Positions 8,836 to 19,176 are shown, counted from the first letter of the stretch. The stretch is DNA of 55,264 bases from Candidatus Woesearchaeota archaeon (GCA_964530955.1 CAZHCL010000004.1:1-55264), one strand, 5' to 3'. The notes: generated by a model not told the origin, from the letters alone. A program made the numbers and translations.

Positions 8836-9800
8836 AATTTAACTTAAAAAATCCAGAAATGATTGCATCTAGAGATGGATATGGAAAAGCATTGATTTCT
8901 TTAGGAAAGAAAAACAAAAATATCTTTGCTTTATGCTGTGATTTGACTGATTCAACAAGAGTTGAAGGATTCAAGCAAAAATATCCCAAACAATTTATAG
9001 AAGTAGGAGTTGCAGAACAGAATATGGCTGGATTAGCAGCAGGCCTTGCCTTGATTGGAAAGATTCCTTTTATCAGCTCATATTCCGTATTCAGCCCTGG
9101 GAGAAACTGGGACCAGTTAAGAGTAAGTGTATGTTATAATAATCTAAATGTAAAAATTCAGGGAGCTCATGCAGGAATCAGCGTAGGTCCAGATGGGGCG
9201 ACTCATCAGGCACTAGAAGATATAGCAATAATGCGTGTTCTTCCTAATATGAAAGTAATAGTTCCTGCTGACGCATTTCAGGCAGAGAAAGCAACCATCG
9301 CGTCAGCCTCAATTAAAGGACCTGTTTATATAAGATTAGGAAGAGACAAAATTCCAGTGATAACTGATTCTAAAACACCGTTCGTATTTGGAAAGGCAGA
9401 TATCTTGCGAAATGGCTCTGATGTATGCATCATTGCTTGTGGAAGAATGGTTTATGAGTCTTTGTTTGCTGCTGAGACTTTAGCAAAAGAAGGAATAAAT
9501 GCGATGGTAATAAATTGTCACACTATCAAACCATTAGATGCAAAAACAATAATTTCTGCTGCAAAGAAAACAAATGCGATTGTGACTGCTGAAGAGCATC
9601 AGATTCACGGAGGGCTTGGCAGCGCGATTGCCGAAACACTTGCAATGCATTATCCCACACCAATAGAGTTAGTAGCCATACAAGATACTTTTGGAGAATC
9701 AGGAAATCCTGAAGAATTGCTAAAGAAATATAATTGCACCCATGCAAATATCTCCCAGGCAGTAAAAAAGGTTCTAAAAAGGAAGAAGTCCTATGAGTGA
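8832..9800 (+). CDS. tkt: Transketolase, C-terminal subunit
   Basis: EVGVAEQNM, HAGISVGPDGATHQALED, YIRLGR, EEHQIHGGLG; ATGA overlap with the N-subunit gene. Confidence 0.93.
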   Translation: MKFNLKNPEMIASRDGYGKALISLGKKNKNIFALCCDLTDSTRVEGFKQKYPKQFIEVGVAEQNMAGLAAGLALIGKIPFISSYSVFSPGRNWDQLRVSVCYNNLNVKIQGAHAGISVGPDGATHQALEDIAIMRVLPNMKVIVPADAFQAEKATIASASIKGPVYIRLGRDKIPVITDSKTPFVFGKADILRNGSDVCIIACGRMVYESLFAAETLAKEGINAMVINCHTIKPLDAKTIISAAKKTNAIVTAEEHQIHGGLGSAIAETLAMHYPTPIELVAIQDTFGESGNPEELLKKYNCTHANISQAVKKVLKRKKSYE

Positions 9801-11418
9801 TTGGATAGCTGAACTAAAAGAAGGATTTGAAGGAGATGTTCTCAATGACTCAGATACAATTGAAAAGTACAGTCAGGATGCTTCAATATTCAAGGTGATG
9901 CCAAAGCTTGTTGTTTTTCCTAAGAATTACAAAGATGTTCAGCATCTTGTTAACTTTGTTAAAAAAAGAAAAGGCATTTCTCTTACTGCCAGAGCAGCAG
10001 GAACAGATATGACTGGAGGTCCATTAACAGAATCCATAGTTGTTTCATTTACAAAATATCTCAATCATATCAAAAAAGTTGACAAAAAAAATGCAGTAGT
10101 TGAGCCTGGAGTGTATTACAGAGATCTTGAAAAAAAGATGGATAAAATAGGAGTTATGTATCCAAGTTACCCTGCCAGCAAATCTTTATGTGCTATGGGT
10201 GGAATTATAGCAAATAATTCTGGGGGAGAAAAATCGCTGGTTTACGGGCAAACAGTTAATCATGTAAATAGATTAAAAGTAGTTTTAGCAGATGGAAATA
10301 TATACGAATTAAAAAAACTCAATAAGGAAGAACTAAAGTTGAAGATGCAGCAGAAAGACTTCGAGGGTAAGATTTACAGAGAAGTTTATGAGCTCTGTGA
10401 AAAGAATTATGATTTGATTAAATCTGCAGAACCTAAAGTCTCAAAGAATTCTTCAGGATATCTTTTGTGGAAAGTCTGGGACAGAAAAACTTTTGATTTG
10501 TCCAAGCTTTTCGTAGGCTCTCAGGGAACTTTAGGCCTTTGGTTAGATGCCGACATTGATTTGGTAAAGAAAAACAAGCATTCCAGACTTGTTGTAGTCT
10601 CCCTAGGCAATTTAAATCAGATAGGCGAATTAATAAAAACAGTAAAGAGCTACAACCCAGAGTCTCTAGAATGTTTTGATAAATATACGCTGCGGCTCGG
10701 TCTGGAATTCCTACCAGAAATAGCCAAGAAAGTGCATAAGGGCCTTCTTCCCATGTTATGGGACTTCAGAAGGGAAGCAGAAGAAGCGTTATTTCATGGA
10801 ATTCCCATATTCATCGTATTAGTAGAACTCACAGGAGATAGGGAAGAAGAAATTCAGAAGAGAGCAGATAAATTAGGAAAAGAATTATCAGATAAAAAAA
10901 TACACAATCTGGTTATGCAAAGCGAGGAAGAAGGAAGCAAATTCTGGATTATGAGAAGAGAGTCATTTAATCTTCTTAGACAGAAAGTAAAAGACAAAAT
11001 GGCAACTCCTTTCGTGGATGATTTTAGCGTCAAACCGGAATATTTGTCTGAATTCCTACCAAAATTATACAAATTGCTTGAAGATAATGGCATAAAGCCC
11101 ACTTTAGCAGGACATGTAGGAGATGGAAACTTTCATGTCATTCCATTGATGGATTTAAATAATAAAGCTGAAAGAGAAAAGATACCTATTGTTCTCAATA
11201 AATTCATTGACCTTGTCTGCAAGTATGGTGGCACAATAACTGCAGAACATAATGATGGTCTGATAAGAACCCCCTATCTGGAGAAAGAGTATGGAAAAAA
11301 GATGATAAAGATTTTTGAAAGAGTTAAGGACATTTTTGACAGGGAGGGGATATTTAATCCTGGAAAGAAAGTCCATGGAAGCATGGAATTTGCAATGTCT
11401 CATATTAAATCAAAGTGA
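9793..11418 (+). CDS. FAD-linked oxidoreductase (GlcD / D-2-hydroxyacid oxidase-like)
   Basis: RAAGTDMTGG, GGIIANNSGG, VGSQGTLG, GHVGDGNFH, AEHNDG, FNPGK; no Fe-S C-terminal domain. Confidence 0.88.
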   Translation: MSDWIAELKEGFEGDVLNDSDTIEKYSQDASIFKVMPKLVVFPKNYKDVQHLVNFVKKRKGISLTARAAGTDMTGGPLTESIVVSFTKYLNHIKKVDKKNAVVEPGVYYRDLEKKMDKIGVMYPSYPASKSLCAMGGIIANNSGGEKSLVYGQTVNHVNRLKVVLADGNIYELKKLNKEELKLKMQQKDFEGKIYREVYELCEKNYDLIKSAEPKVSKNSSGYLLWKVWDRKTFDLSKLFVGSQGTLGLWLDADIDLVKKNKHSRLVVVSLGNLNQIGELIKTVKSYNPESLECFDKYTLRLGLEFLPEIAKKVHKGLLPMLWDFRREAEEALFHGIPIFIVLVELTGDREEEIQKRADKLGKELSDKKIHNLVMQSEEEGSKFWIMRRESFNLLRQKVKDKMATPFVDDFSVKPEYLSEFLPKLYKLLEDNGIKPTLAGHVGDGNFHVIPLMDLNNKAEREKIPIVLNKFIDLVCKYGGTITAEHNDGLIRTPYLEKEYGKKMIKIFERVKDIFDREGIFNPGKKVHGSMEFAMSHIKSK

Positions 11419-12671
11419 TAATAAAAAACTTCAACATTCTGGCTAGTGATAAAACGCGCGGAGACGCATTAAAAATAATAAATTCAGGAATTGAATCAGT
11501 GTTGGTAAAACCATTAATACAAAAACAAATAACTCTTTCTGAAAACACTCTAAAAATAAAAAATCATAGCTGGAATCTTTCTAAATATAATAGAATTTTT
11601 GTCGTTGGAGCTGGTAAAGCTGCAGCAGATATGGCTGAAACAATAGAAGATATATTGGGCAGTAAAATTTCAGCAGGCATAGTTATAGACACTAGAACAA
11701 GAAAATTAAAGAGAATTAAAGTCATAAAAGGAACACACCCCCTTCCTACCAAAATAAATATAGAAGCAACAGAAAAAATAATAAAAATATTGAACAATAG
11801 CGGAGAGAATGATTTAATTATTGCATTAATAAGTGGAGGCGGCTCTTCCCTGATGGTTTCTTCGAGAATTAAATTGAAAAAATTAATTGAACTAAATAAA
11901 ATGATGTTGAAAAGGGGTGCGACAATTAATGAAATAAATACAGTAAGAAAGCACATATCAAATATTACTGGAGGACAGCTTGCTAAACTAGCAGCTCCAG
12001 CTGAATTAATAAGTCTGATTGTGAGCGACGTTATAACAAATAACCTTGATGTGATAGCATCAGGACCTACAGTAAAAGACACCACAACAATTAAAGACGC
12101 AGTTAAAATTCAGAAGAAATATAATCTTCCGAGTTTGCCCTTTATTGAAACTCCCAAGGAAAAACCAAAAAAAGTTGCTAATATTCTGCTAGTTACTAAT
12201 GTCTATGCTGCCGAGGCGATGAAAAAAGAGGCAATAAAAATAGGATACAAGTCAAAGATTTTAACTACCCAACTAAAAGGAGAAGCCAGATTAATTGGAG
12301 TTAAATTGGCTAAATTGGTAAAATCCAACTGTGCTTTAATAGCGACTGGAGAAACTACTGTTAATGTGAAAGGCAATGGAATGGGAGGAAGAAATCAGGA
12401 ACTGGTTCTTGCAGCAAGCAAGTTCATCAATAAAGGAGTAATTATCAGCTGTTCTTCAGACGGAGTTGACTATATCAGCCAGGCTGGGGGAGCCATAGCT
12501 GATAAAAATACAAAAGAGCAGGCAAAAAAATATAAATTAAATGCAGATGAATTTCTAAAAAATAACAACTCTTATAATTTTCTGAAAAGAGTTAATGGAA
12601 TAATTATCACTGGCAAAACCGGAACTAATATAGGCGATCTCTTTCTTGTTCTGGGAGAAAAAACTAATTAG
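11415..12671 (+). CDS. Glycerate 2-kinase (MOFRL/TtuD family)
   Basis: VVGAGKAAADM, HPLP, LISGGGSSL, IASGPT, GETTV, GGRNQE, GTNIGD. Confidence 0.9.
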   Translation: MIIKNFNILASDKTRGDALKIINSGIESVLVKPLIQKQITLSENTLKIKNHSWNLSKYNRIFVVGAGKAAADMAETIEDILGSKISAGIVIDTRTRKLKRIKVIKGTHPLPTKINIEATEKIIKILNNSGENDLIIALISGGGSSLMVSSRIKLKKLIELNKMMLKRGATINEINTVRKHISNITGGQLAKLAAPAELISLIVSDVITNNLDVIASGPTVKDTTTIKDAVKIQKKYNLPSLPFIETPKEKPKKVANILLVTNVYAAEAMKKEAIKIGYKSKILTTQLKGEARLIGVKLAKLVKSNCALIATGETTVNVKGNGMGGRNQELVLAASKFINKGVIISCSSDGVDYISQAGGAIADKNTKEQAKKYKLNADEFLKNNNSYNFLKRVNGIIITGKTGTNIGDLFLVLGEKTN

Positions 12672-13327
12672 CAATTAATAAAATCCTTCAGATTGAGATT
12701 TGTCAAACTATTGACTAAAATATCTGCAGGATAATCTTCCTTGTCATAAACAAGTCCTACACAAAGCATTCCTGCCTTCTTAGCTCCAGTCATTCCGCTT
12801 CTTCCGTCCTCCACAACAACGCAGTCATTTGGTTTAACAGACATTGCCGATGCTGCTTTTAAGAATATTTCAGGGTCTGGCTTGCCTTTGGAAACCTGAT
12901 CTCCAGTTATTATAGCTTTGAAATAATTAATCACACCTAGTTTAGTAAGAACCGCGTCAACATACTTTTTGCCAGAAGCAGAAGCTACTGCCTGAGGCAC
13001 ATTATATGAATTTGCTTCTTTTATTAATTTTATAACTCCAGGTATTGCTTTTAATTCATCTAAAAGTGCAGTGGCCCTCTCCCATTTTTCTTTCATGAGT
13101 TCATCAACATTATATCCCTTAGCTCCTTTCTCTTTAAGCAGCTCGACAAAAAAATCTGCCGTTCTCCTACCAGCATATTTGGCGGTTATTTCTTCAGGAG
13201 TTAAATTTATTCCATATCTTGCAAGAAGCTCAGATTCAACTAAGGCATGAAGTCTCTGAGTATCAGAAATAACTCCATCCATATCCCATATTATTGCTTT
13301 CTTTTTGTTAACAATTGGAAGTTTCAT
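12668..13327 (-). CDS. HAD-family phosphatase (beta-PGM/CbbY-like)
   Basis: WDMDGVISD, KGKPDPEIF, VEDGRSG..GAKKAG. Confidence 0.9.
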   Translation of the reverse strand: MKLPIVNKKKAIIWDMDGVISDTQRLHALVESELLARYGINLTPEEITAKYAGRRTADFFVELLKEKGAKGYNVDELMKEKWERATALLDELKAIPGVIKLIKEANSYNVPQAVASASGKKYVDAVLTKLGVINYFKAIITGDQVSKGKPDPEIFLKAASAMSVKPNDCVVVEDGRSGMTGAKKAGMLCVGLVYDKEDYPADILVNSLTNLNLKDFINC

Positions 13328-13403
13328 TAAGTCATCAAAAGAAATAGATATATAAAATTAACTTAAAAGATATAATTTATATATCATCAAGCGATAAATT
13401 GTC

Positions 13404-14291
13404 ATGGAATTAAAAAAAATAGTTTCTAAACTAGATAAAGAATTTAAAGTTGAAGAAGTTAATGATGATTGGCATTGGCTCTTTGATGATTTATTCTTAA
13501 ATAAGTCTCTGGCTTCTTTTAGAAAACCCAATAAAAATACGGGTATAATGATCAAAAATTCTAATGAAGTTAATAAAATATATACTGCTTTTTCACCAAG
13601 TAGATATGTCCTAGAAGAGATAAGAATGAAGGGGATAGTTAATTGTCTGCTCATAGTAAAACACCCTTTTGACTGGGATGGAAGAAGAAATGGCCAAGGA
13701 TTTATATTTTTTAAAGATAGAGATTATCAGTTAATGGAAAGTATGGGTATATCTATATATTCGTTGCACACTCCCTTAGATAAGAATAGAAATGATAAGG
13801 TTGTTTCTACAGCATACGGTTTTGCCAAGGTTATAAAACTAAAAGTAGAAGAAGAATTCGGAATAGATGAAAGCAATGAGGGATTAAAATTAGGTTTAAT
13901 AGGAAAATTACCTGAAAATAATCTTTCAGATTTAATAAAAAGACTAAATAAAGTTCTAAACTATAGCGTTAAAGTGAAAAAAGTGAATGATTCTGTAGGA
14001 AAAGTTGCAATAGTAACTGGGGGCGGATTTATTCCTGAAGTTGTAGAGCAGGCTAAGGAGAAGGGAGTTAATACATACATCACAGGAATAATTACACCAA
14101 ACTCGTCTGAATACGACCAAAAAACATACAAAGATAAGTTTTCAAAAATAAATAAACTTGGATTAAACATTATAGGCTGCTCTCATTATTTAACTGAAAA
14201 ATGGGCCATGCTATATTCAATACCTTATTTTTCAGAGATGTGTGACACAGAATTCATAGAAGATAAAGAAGCACTGAATCTGCTTGAGTAA
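13404..14291 (+). CDS. Nif3-like dinuclear metal-centre protein
   Basis: KHP, YSLHTPLD, VAIVTGGG, YITG, SHYLTEK. Confidence 0.85.
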   Translation: MELKKIVSKLDKEFKVEEVNDDWHWLFDDLFLNKSLASFRKPNKNTGIMIKNSNEVNKIYTAFSPSRYVLEEIRMKGIVNCLLIVKHPFDWDGRRNGQGFIFFKDRDYQLMESMGISIYSLHTPLDKNRNDKVVSTAYGFAKVIKLKVEEEFGIDESNEGLKLGLIGKLPENNLSDLIKRLNKVLNYSVKVKKVNDSVGKVAIVTGGGFIPEVVEQAKEKGVNTYITGIITPNSSEYDQKTYKDKFSKINKLGLNIIGCSHYLTEKWAMLYSIPYFSEMCDTEFIEDKEALNLLE

Positions 14292-14385
14292 TAAAGAGCA
14301 AATTAAGCAGATTTATATACCAACTTTTAGGAGTAAATTTAGGAAACAATCAAAGAACACTCTTTTTTTATTTCTTCAACACAAA

Positions 14386-15717
14386 ATGGAAAAATTCAAG
14401 CAACTTGGAATAGGCGAAAGCGTACTTAGAGTAATCTCCGAGCTGGGCTTCACAGAACCAAGTGAAATACAGCAGAAAACAATACCTCTCGTAATTGCTG
14501 GAAAAGATGTAATCGGGCAAAGCGCAACAGGCTCTGGAAAGACACTTGCATTTGCTGCAGGGATAATTGATAAGATAAATAAAGGTTCAGGAGTTTCTGC
14601 TCTCGTTTTAACACCAACAAGAGAACTTGCTGAGCAGGTGTCTTCTAATATAAGGAAATTCTCTAAGAATAATAGGTTAAATGTTGTAGAAATATATGGC
14701 GGAGTCTCAATTGAGCCCCAGGTAAGATATTTGAGACAGGCAGACATCGTTGTAGGCACTCCTGGGAGGATAATGGACCACTTGCAGAGAAGAACCCTTA
14801 ATCTTTCCAAGGTAAAATTCCTCATACTTGATGAAGCAGATAGAATGTTAGATATGGGTTTCATAAAAGCAGTAGAGTCAATAATAAGAATATGCCCTCA
14901 GCAAAGGCAAACTCTTCTTTTTTCTGCGACCATATCTGATGAAATAGTTCGTATTTCTAATAAATACATGATTTCTCCCGTAAAAGTTTCAGTGCAAAAT
15001 CAGGTAGACCCAAGCAAGCTCTATCAGAAGTATTATGATGTTTCAGCAAATGAAAAATTCTCTCTTCTTTTGCATCTTCTCAAGCTTGAAAAGAATGGAG
15101 TTGTAATGGTCTTCTGTAATACAAGAAGAAATGTGGATAAATTATCCTATAATTTGAATAGTCAGGGAATTCATTGCATGGCTATTCACGGTGGACTTTC
15201 CCAGAATAGGAGAAGCGACACTCTTAGGGCATTTCATGAAAAAAGCACTCTTGTTCTTATTTGCACAGATGTTGCTGCCCGTGGTTTAGATATAAAAGAT
15301 GTCTCCCATATTTACAATTTCGATATTCCAAGCACTTCAGATGATTATATTCATAGAATTGGAAGAACAGCAAGAGCCGGTAAAAATGGTATTGCAATAA
15401 GTTTTGTTTCAAGTGGAGACCATACTGAATTTAGACAGATATGCAAAGAAAAGGGAATAACCATGGAAAAAGAAACTCTTCCCAACATTAAGATTATTCC
15501 AATAGCATTCGGCTCAAATAGCGATAGAAAAATGGCCAGAAGAAACGCTGGTATGGGAAGAGGTGGCGGTAGAGGGGGTGGAGGCCGAAGATTTGGTGGA
15601 GGAGGTCGTGGAGGATTTAGAGGTCGTAGCAGAGACGAAGGAAGAGATAATTCAAATAGAGGTTTTAGGGGAAGAGGCGGTGGAAGAGGAAGTAGTGGCA
15701 GATTCAGGCGAAGATAA
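14386..15717 (+). CDS. DEAD-box RNA helicase with RGG-rich C-terminal tail
   Basis: Q motif, ATGSGKT, PTRELA, TPGR, DEAD, SAT, ARGLD, HRIGRTARAG. Start moved from 14284 to 14386 (MEKFKQLG), which avoids overlap with the upstream gene. Confidence 0.95.
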   Translation: MEKFKQLGIGESVLRVISELGFTEPSEIQQKTIPLVIAGKDVIGQSATGSGKTLAFAAGIIDKINKGSGVSALVLTPTRELAEQVSSNIRKFSKNNRLNVVEIYGGVSIEPQVRYLRQADIVVGTPGRIMDHLQRRTLNLSKVKFLILDEADRMLDMGFIKAVESIIRICPQQRQTLLFSATISDEIVRISNKYMISPVKVSVQNQVDPSKLYQKYYDVSANEKFSLLLHLLKLEKNGVVMVFCNTRRNVDKLSYNLNSQGIHCMAIHGGLSQNRRSDTLRAFHEKSTLVLICTDVAARGLDIKDVSHIYNFDIPSTSDDYIHRIGRTARAGKNGIAISFVSSGDHTEFRQICKEKGITMEKETLPNIKIIPIAFGSNSDRKMARRNAGMGRGGGRGGGGRRFGGGGRGGFRGRSRDEGRDNSNRGFRGRGGGRGSSGRFRRR

Positions 15718-15813
15718 TAATAGATATTTTTTTAAAGCACAAATTATTGAGTTTTTTGAGAGGGGATTCGGTCCTCAGCGATTTCTGAGATAAATAACAA
15801 TGGAAAATAAAAA

Positions 15814-16359
15814 ATGAAAGAATTAAATCTTGAATTGGAATGTAAAGAACATGATGATTTTGCAGAATGGAGATATGGCAATTTATATGTTACAGGTATT
15901 ATGGGAATATGCGACAATCCTCTAAATGAATGGCCTACTCTTTACGGATATTCTTTGGATTTTGGTCAAGTTGAAAGTTGCAAAGATGGAGATTCACTAG
16001 CTGCTTTTTCGGTTAGCTTACCTTTGCGAATAACTATTGCTCAATATTACAATAATAGGGGCACATTAATAGTTTCATATGGTCTAAATGAGGATAAGTC
16101 TAGAAAAGTTACTGATGAATTAGTTCTAAAATCAGGATTAGTTAGAGCTATGCCAACCACTCACTTTATTTCTTCAGTAACAGAACAAATAAGACGTGCA
16201 AGTTTAAATGGATATGAGAAATGTGAAGAAATAGCCAGAGAGAGAAATATGCCTTTAGAAAAGGTTTTTGGTAGAGTTTATTTTGTAGATTTTCTTCAGA
16301 AATATAAAGGGCTACCTGAAAGTCAAGCATTACATGTCGCCAATGCAGCATTCAAATAA
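15814..16359 (+). CDS. Hypothetical protein
   Basis: Intact 181-aa ORF; no motif recognised. Confidence 0.65.
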   Translation: MKELNLELECKEHDDFAEWRYGNLYVTGIMGICDNPLNEWPTLYGYSLDFGQVESCKDGDSLAAFSVSLPLRITIAQYYNNRGTLIVSYGLNEDKSRKVTDELVLKSGLVRAMPTTHFISSVTEQIRRASLNGYEKCEEIARERNMPLEKVFGRVYFVDFLQKYKGLPESQALHVANAAFK

Positions 16360-16366
16360 TAATATA

Positions 16367-18019
16367 TTAATTAACAGCCTTAACAGAATAAGTCATAGGT
16401 TTAATCAACAAAGCAATAAATCCATATATTCCTACACCAATTAACACGAGTATTGCCCAACCAGTAGCTCCTAGACCCTTACCAGTGCCTACAGAACCAG
16501 TTACTGCTCCGGTTATGCCCGAGTCTCCATTCCCTGTGGCTGTTGCAGAATTATTTGTCAAAGTATTAGTTGTGTTATTAACCGCGAAAATAACTGGAGT
16601 AGTGCAAGTCTGATTCAAAGCAGGCTGAGCTCCAGCATAACAGTAGGATCTTATCCTATTGCAAGTTCTTGTCTGTATGTTGTTTGAACATACTGACCAA
16701 TCTGAGCAAGTCCAATTTGTTAAACACTGACTTCCTCCGCCTCCACCACCACCGCCATTTGATGTTGAAGTTGGTGTGGGAGTTGTTACAGTATAATTTA
16801 GGGAAGCAAGAGCAATATTACCTACAAAATCTGTTGCAGTACAATTTGCAGCGAATGTTCCTGCTACAGAGGTATCTATTGTAGTTACATTGATACTAAC
16901 ATTAGAATCTACATTGTCTGTTGCAATGCATGAAGCAGTAATTGTTTCTCCAACATTTACGCTTGAGGATGAAAGATTGAATGAAGTTATATTAGGAGCT
17001 ACTTCATCAAGCAATGGATAGATAGTGTTTAATCCTTCAGAATGACTGAAGCTATCAAAAGCATAGAAAGTAAGAGTGTTATTTGCACTAATGTTTATGG
17101 GGATGATTCCATAATTACCATCTATCTGCCCAGAAACTCCATTCAAAGAATATGAAATATGATCTACATAGGTATTATTGAATGATGTTGCGTTTAGAGT
17201 AACATTATAATCGGAATTTGTCCAACTGTTTCCAGGATTTGTAGCGATGGTTATTGGTGCTTGGAAGTCATTTTTATTTGGAGAGACAATATTATTAGAA
17301 TCTAAAGTGACTGCTGTTTGCGCTAAAGCTCTTCCATTTAGGGTTGCACCATTCTTAAATACGATTTCACTCTTGCTTAAAAAATTTCCGCTAGATTGTG
17401 AAGAATATCCAAGTAGGGTAGTGCCAGTAGTTTGCCAGAAAACATTCTTTGCTTGTGCTCCGCCAGATAATATGATCTTAGATTTTACCCATAAAGTTCC
17501 ACTTGTTTGGAAAATCCAAACATCAGTTGAATTTCCAGCTAAAGTTATATCTCCAAATAATGTAAGATCTGAATTCCATCTATACAGACCTGGAGCAAAA
17601 GTGGTAGATCCTAAATTTCCGCCATTATAATCAATAGAATCTGGTAAATTTCTTGCAGCAGCATCATTGTAGGCTGTTTGCATATCTCCTATAGCAGAGG
17701 TCATAACAGATGGTGTTGGAGAAGAATAGTCAGCAGCATAAACGTTACCAACAACCAAAGATGAAGTAGAAAAGGTATTAGAAGAATCAGCTACCAAACC
17801 AAATCCTGTGACCGCAGTACTACTAATAGGACTAACTCCAATGTTTCCAACAATTGAAGTTGTTCCAGTAGTTGAAATTCCTGATTGACTTAATATAGCA
17901 AAATTACCTGCAGTCCCAAGATTGACCGCTGATTGAGCAGCAGAAGCAAACTGTAGAGATAATATAATCCCTGCAAAGAGCAAAGCGAAGACTAGCATTT
18001 TATAGTTTGATTTTTCCAT
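16367..18019 (-). CDS. DUF3494 (ice-binding-like) surface protein (paralog 2)
   Basis: Same architecture as 5207-6868, with long near-identical blocks. Confidence 0.9.
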   Translation of the reverse strand: MEKSNYKMLVFALLFAGIILSLQFASAAQSAVNLGTAGNFAILSQSGISTTGTTSIVGNIGVSPISSTAVTGFGLVADSSNTFSTSSLVVGNVYAADYSSPTPSVMTSAIGDMQTAYNDAAARNLPDSIDYNGGNLGSTTFAPGLYRWNSDLTLFGDITLAGNSTDVWIFQTSGTLWVKSKIILSGGAQAKNVFWQTTGTTLLGYSSQSSGNFLSKSEIVFKNGATLNGRALAQTAVTLDSNNIVSPNKNDFQAPITIATNPGNSWTNSDYNVTLNATSFNNTYVDHISYSLNGVSGQIDGNYGIIPINISANNTLTFYAFDSFSHSEGLNTIYPLLDEVAPNITSFNLSSSSVNVGETITASCIATDNVDSNVSINVTTIDTSVAGTFAANCTATDFVGNIALASLNYTVTTPTPTSTSNGGGGGGGGSQCLTNWTCSDWSVCSNNIQTRTCNRIRSYCYAGAQPALNQTCTTPVIFAVNNTTNTLTNNSATATGNGDSGITGAVTGSVGTGKGLGATGWAILVLIGVGIYGFIALLIKPMTYSVKAVN

Positions 18020-18142
18020 TTTATTTTTTCTTGTTATATTTAAGATTAGATGCGGGTTGTATATAGAGCCTTATAGTAATAATTCATACTTGTTGTATTA
18101 ACTAATACTCTTTTATGACCTACAATTAACCGCACTTTCGTT

Positions 18143-18523
18143 CTATTTATTATGAATTTCATAATCATAAAGTTCAGTATTAAAAGATTCCTGAAAATTA
18201 TTTATTAAACTTATATTTTTTAGATTTTTCTTAACTATCTGGGAAGCTTCATTAGTAACACAATAAAAACACATCAAATGCACATCTTTTTCACATCTAA
18301 TGCATTTCATTACAGATGATTTCCATTTATTTTGAGAAAGAAGTATGACATAATCTAAAGATTCGACTCGGTTTAATAAAGACTTAAACTCCTCGCTTAT
18401 CTTTTTGATAACATTTCTATCAGTATTCTGCCCAAAAAGCCAGGATTTAATTTCGTTAATAACACAGGAAGCACAAATCGGCTCTGTAACCGAATACCCA
18501 CATTTCAAACACTGTATCGACAT
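18143..18523 (-). CDS. Small Cys-rich, putative double Zn-finger protein
   Basis: CLKC...CASC and CIRC...CFYC pairs. Confidence 0.65.
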   Translation of the reverse strand: MSIQCLKCGYSVTEPICASCVINEIKSWLFGQNTDRNVIKKISEEFKSLLNRVESLDYVILLSQNKWKSSVMKCIRCEKDVHLMCFYCVTNEASQIVKKNLKNISLINNFQESFNTELYDYEIHNK

Positions 18524-18644
18524 TTTTTATTTACCTTTATTTTTTACCTTTTTTCCACCTCCCTCGAACAATCTTAAAGACATCTTTGTTTATATTATAA
18601 CGCAGTATTTCACTATACTTTGTAGTACTGACTAATACGCCTAA

Positions 18645-18926
18645 TTAATTACTATTTAGTCCAAAAGAGCTAGTAAAATCGTTAATAAGAGCATATCTTT
18701 CTAAAAACTGATAACCCTTTGAAGCCAGAGAGTAAGTTCTTCCATTTTCGAGTCTTTGTTCAAACAAAAGATCTTTTTCAATTAATTCTTTTAGGTAGGA
18801 GGTCATCATTTGATGAGACAGGTTAGATTTATACAATATATGTGTGGGTTTTATCTTTCCGTTTCTATTTTTAACTGCCCCGAGAATATCATGCATTACT
18901 TCAATATGTGTTCTTTTATTATTCAT
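18645..18926 (-). CDS. Winged-helix transcriptional regulator (COG3432-like)
   Basis: KRTHIEVMHDIL...KPTHILYKSNLS...YL.EL...L...Y.L..KG..FL pattern. Confidence 0.8.
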   Translation of the reverse strand: MNNKRTHIEVMHDILGAVKNRNGKIKPTHILYKSNLSHQMMTSYLKELIEKDLLFEQRLENGRTYSLASKGYQFLERYALINDFTSSFGLNSN

Positions 18927-18975
18927 TTTACTAAATTAATTTTAAAATTTGCTTTTTAATCAAATACAATAAGAT

Positions 18976-19176
18976 TTAAGCGCTCTTTATTGTGTGGGCT
19001 ATCACTGAAATTATAAACAAGATTACAAATATTAATGCAAGCCATTTAGCCAATGTAAATGAAACCCCAGAAATAAAACCAAATCCGAATACTCCTGCAA
19101 CCAATGCTACAATCAAGAATAGTACTGCCCAAATCAACCAGCCCGATAAACCTTTTCTGTTCATTTTTAACTCCAA
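18976..19176 (-). CDS. DUF1328-like small membrane protein
   Basis: WAVLFLIVALVAGVFGFGFISG...AKWL pattern. Confidence 0.75.
   Translation of the reverse strand: MELKMNRKGLSGWLIWAVLFLIVALVAGVFGFGFISGVSFTLAKWLALIFVILFIISVIAHTIKSA

Noticed and set aside
14284-14385. N-terminal extension of the DEAD helicase; likewise the 33813, 35206 and 50536 starts
   Set aside because: The extensions run through intergenic or promoter DNA; downstream ATGs match the family N-termini.
15530-15717. GGN/AGA-rich repeats here and at 22790-22910 as DNA repeats or a CRISPR
   Set aside because: They are explained by RGG low-complexity protein coding. No repeat-spacer periodicity or cas genes occur anywhere in the window.
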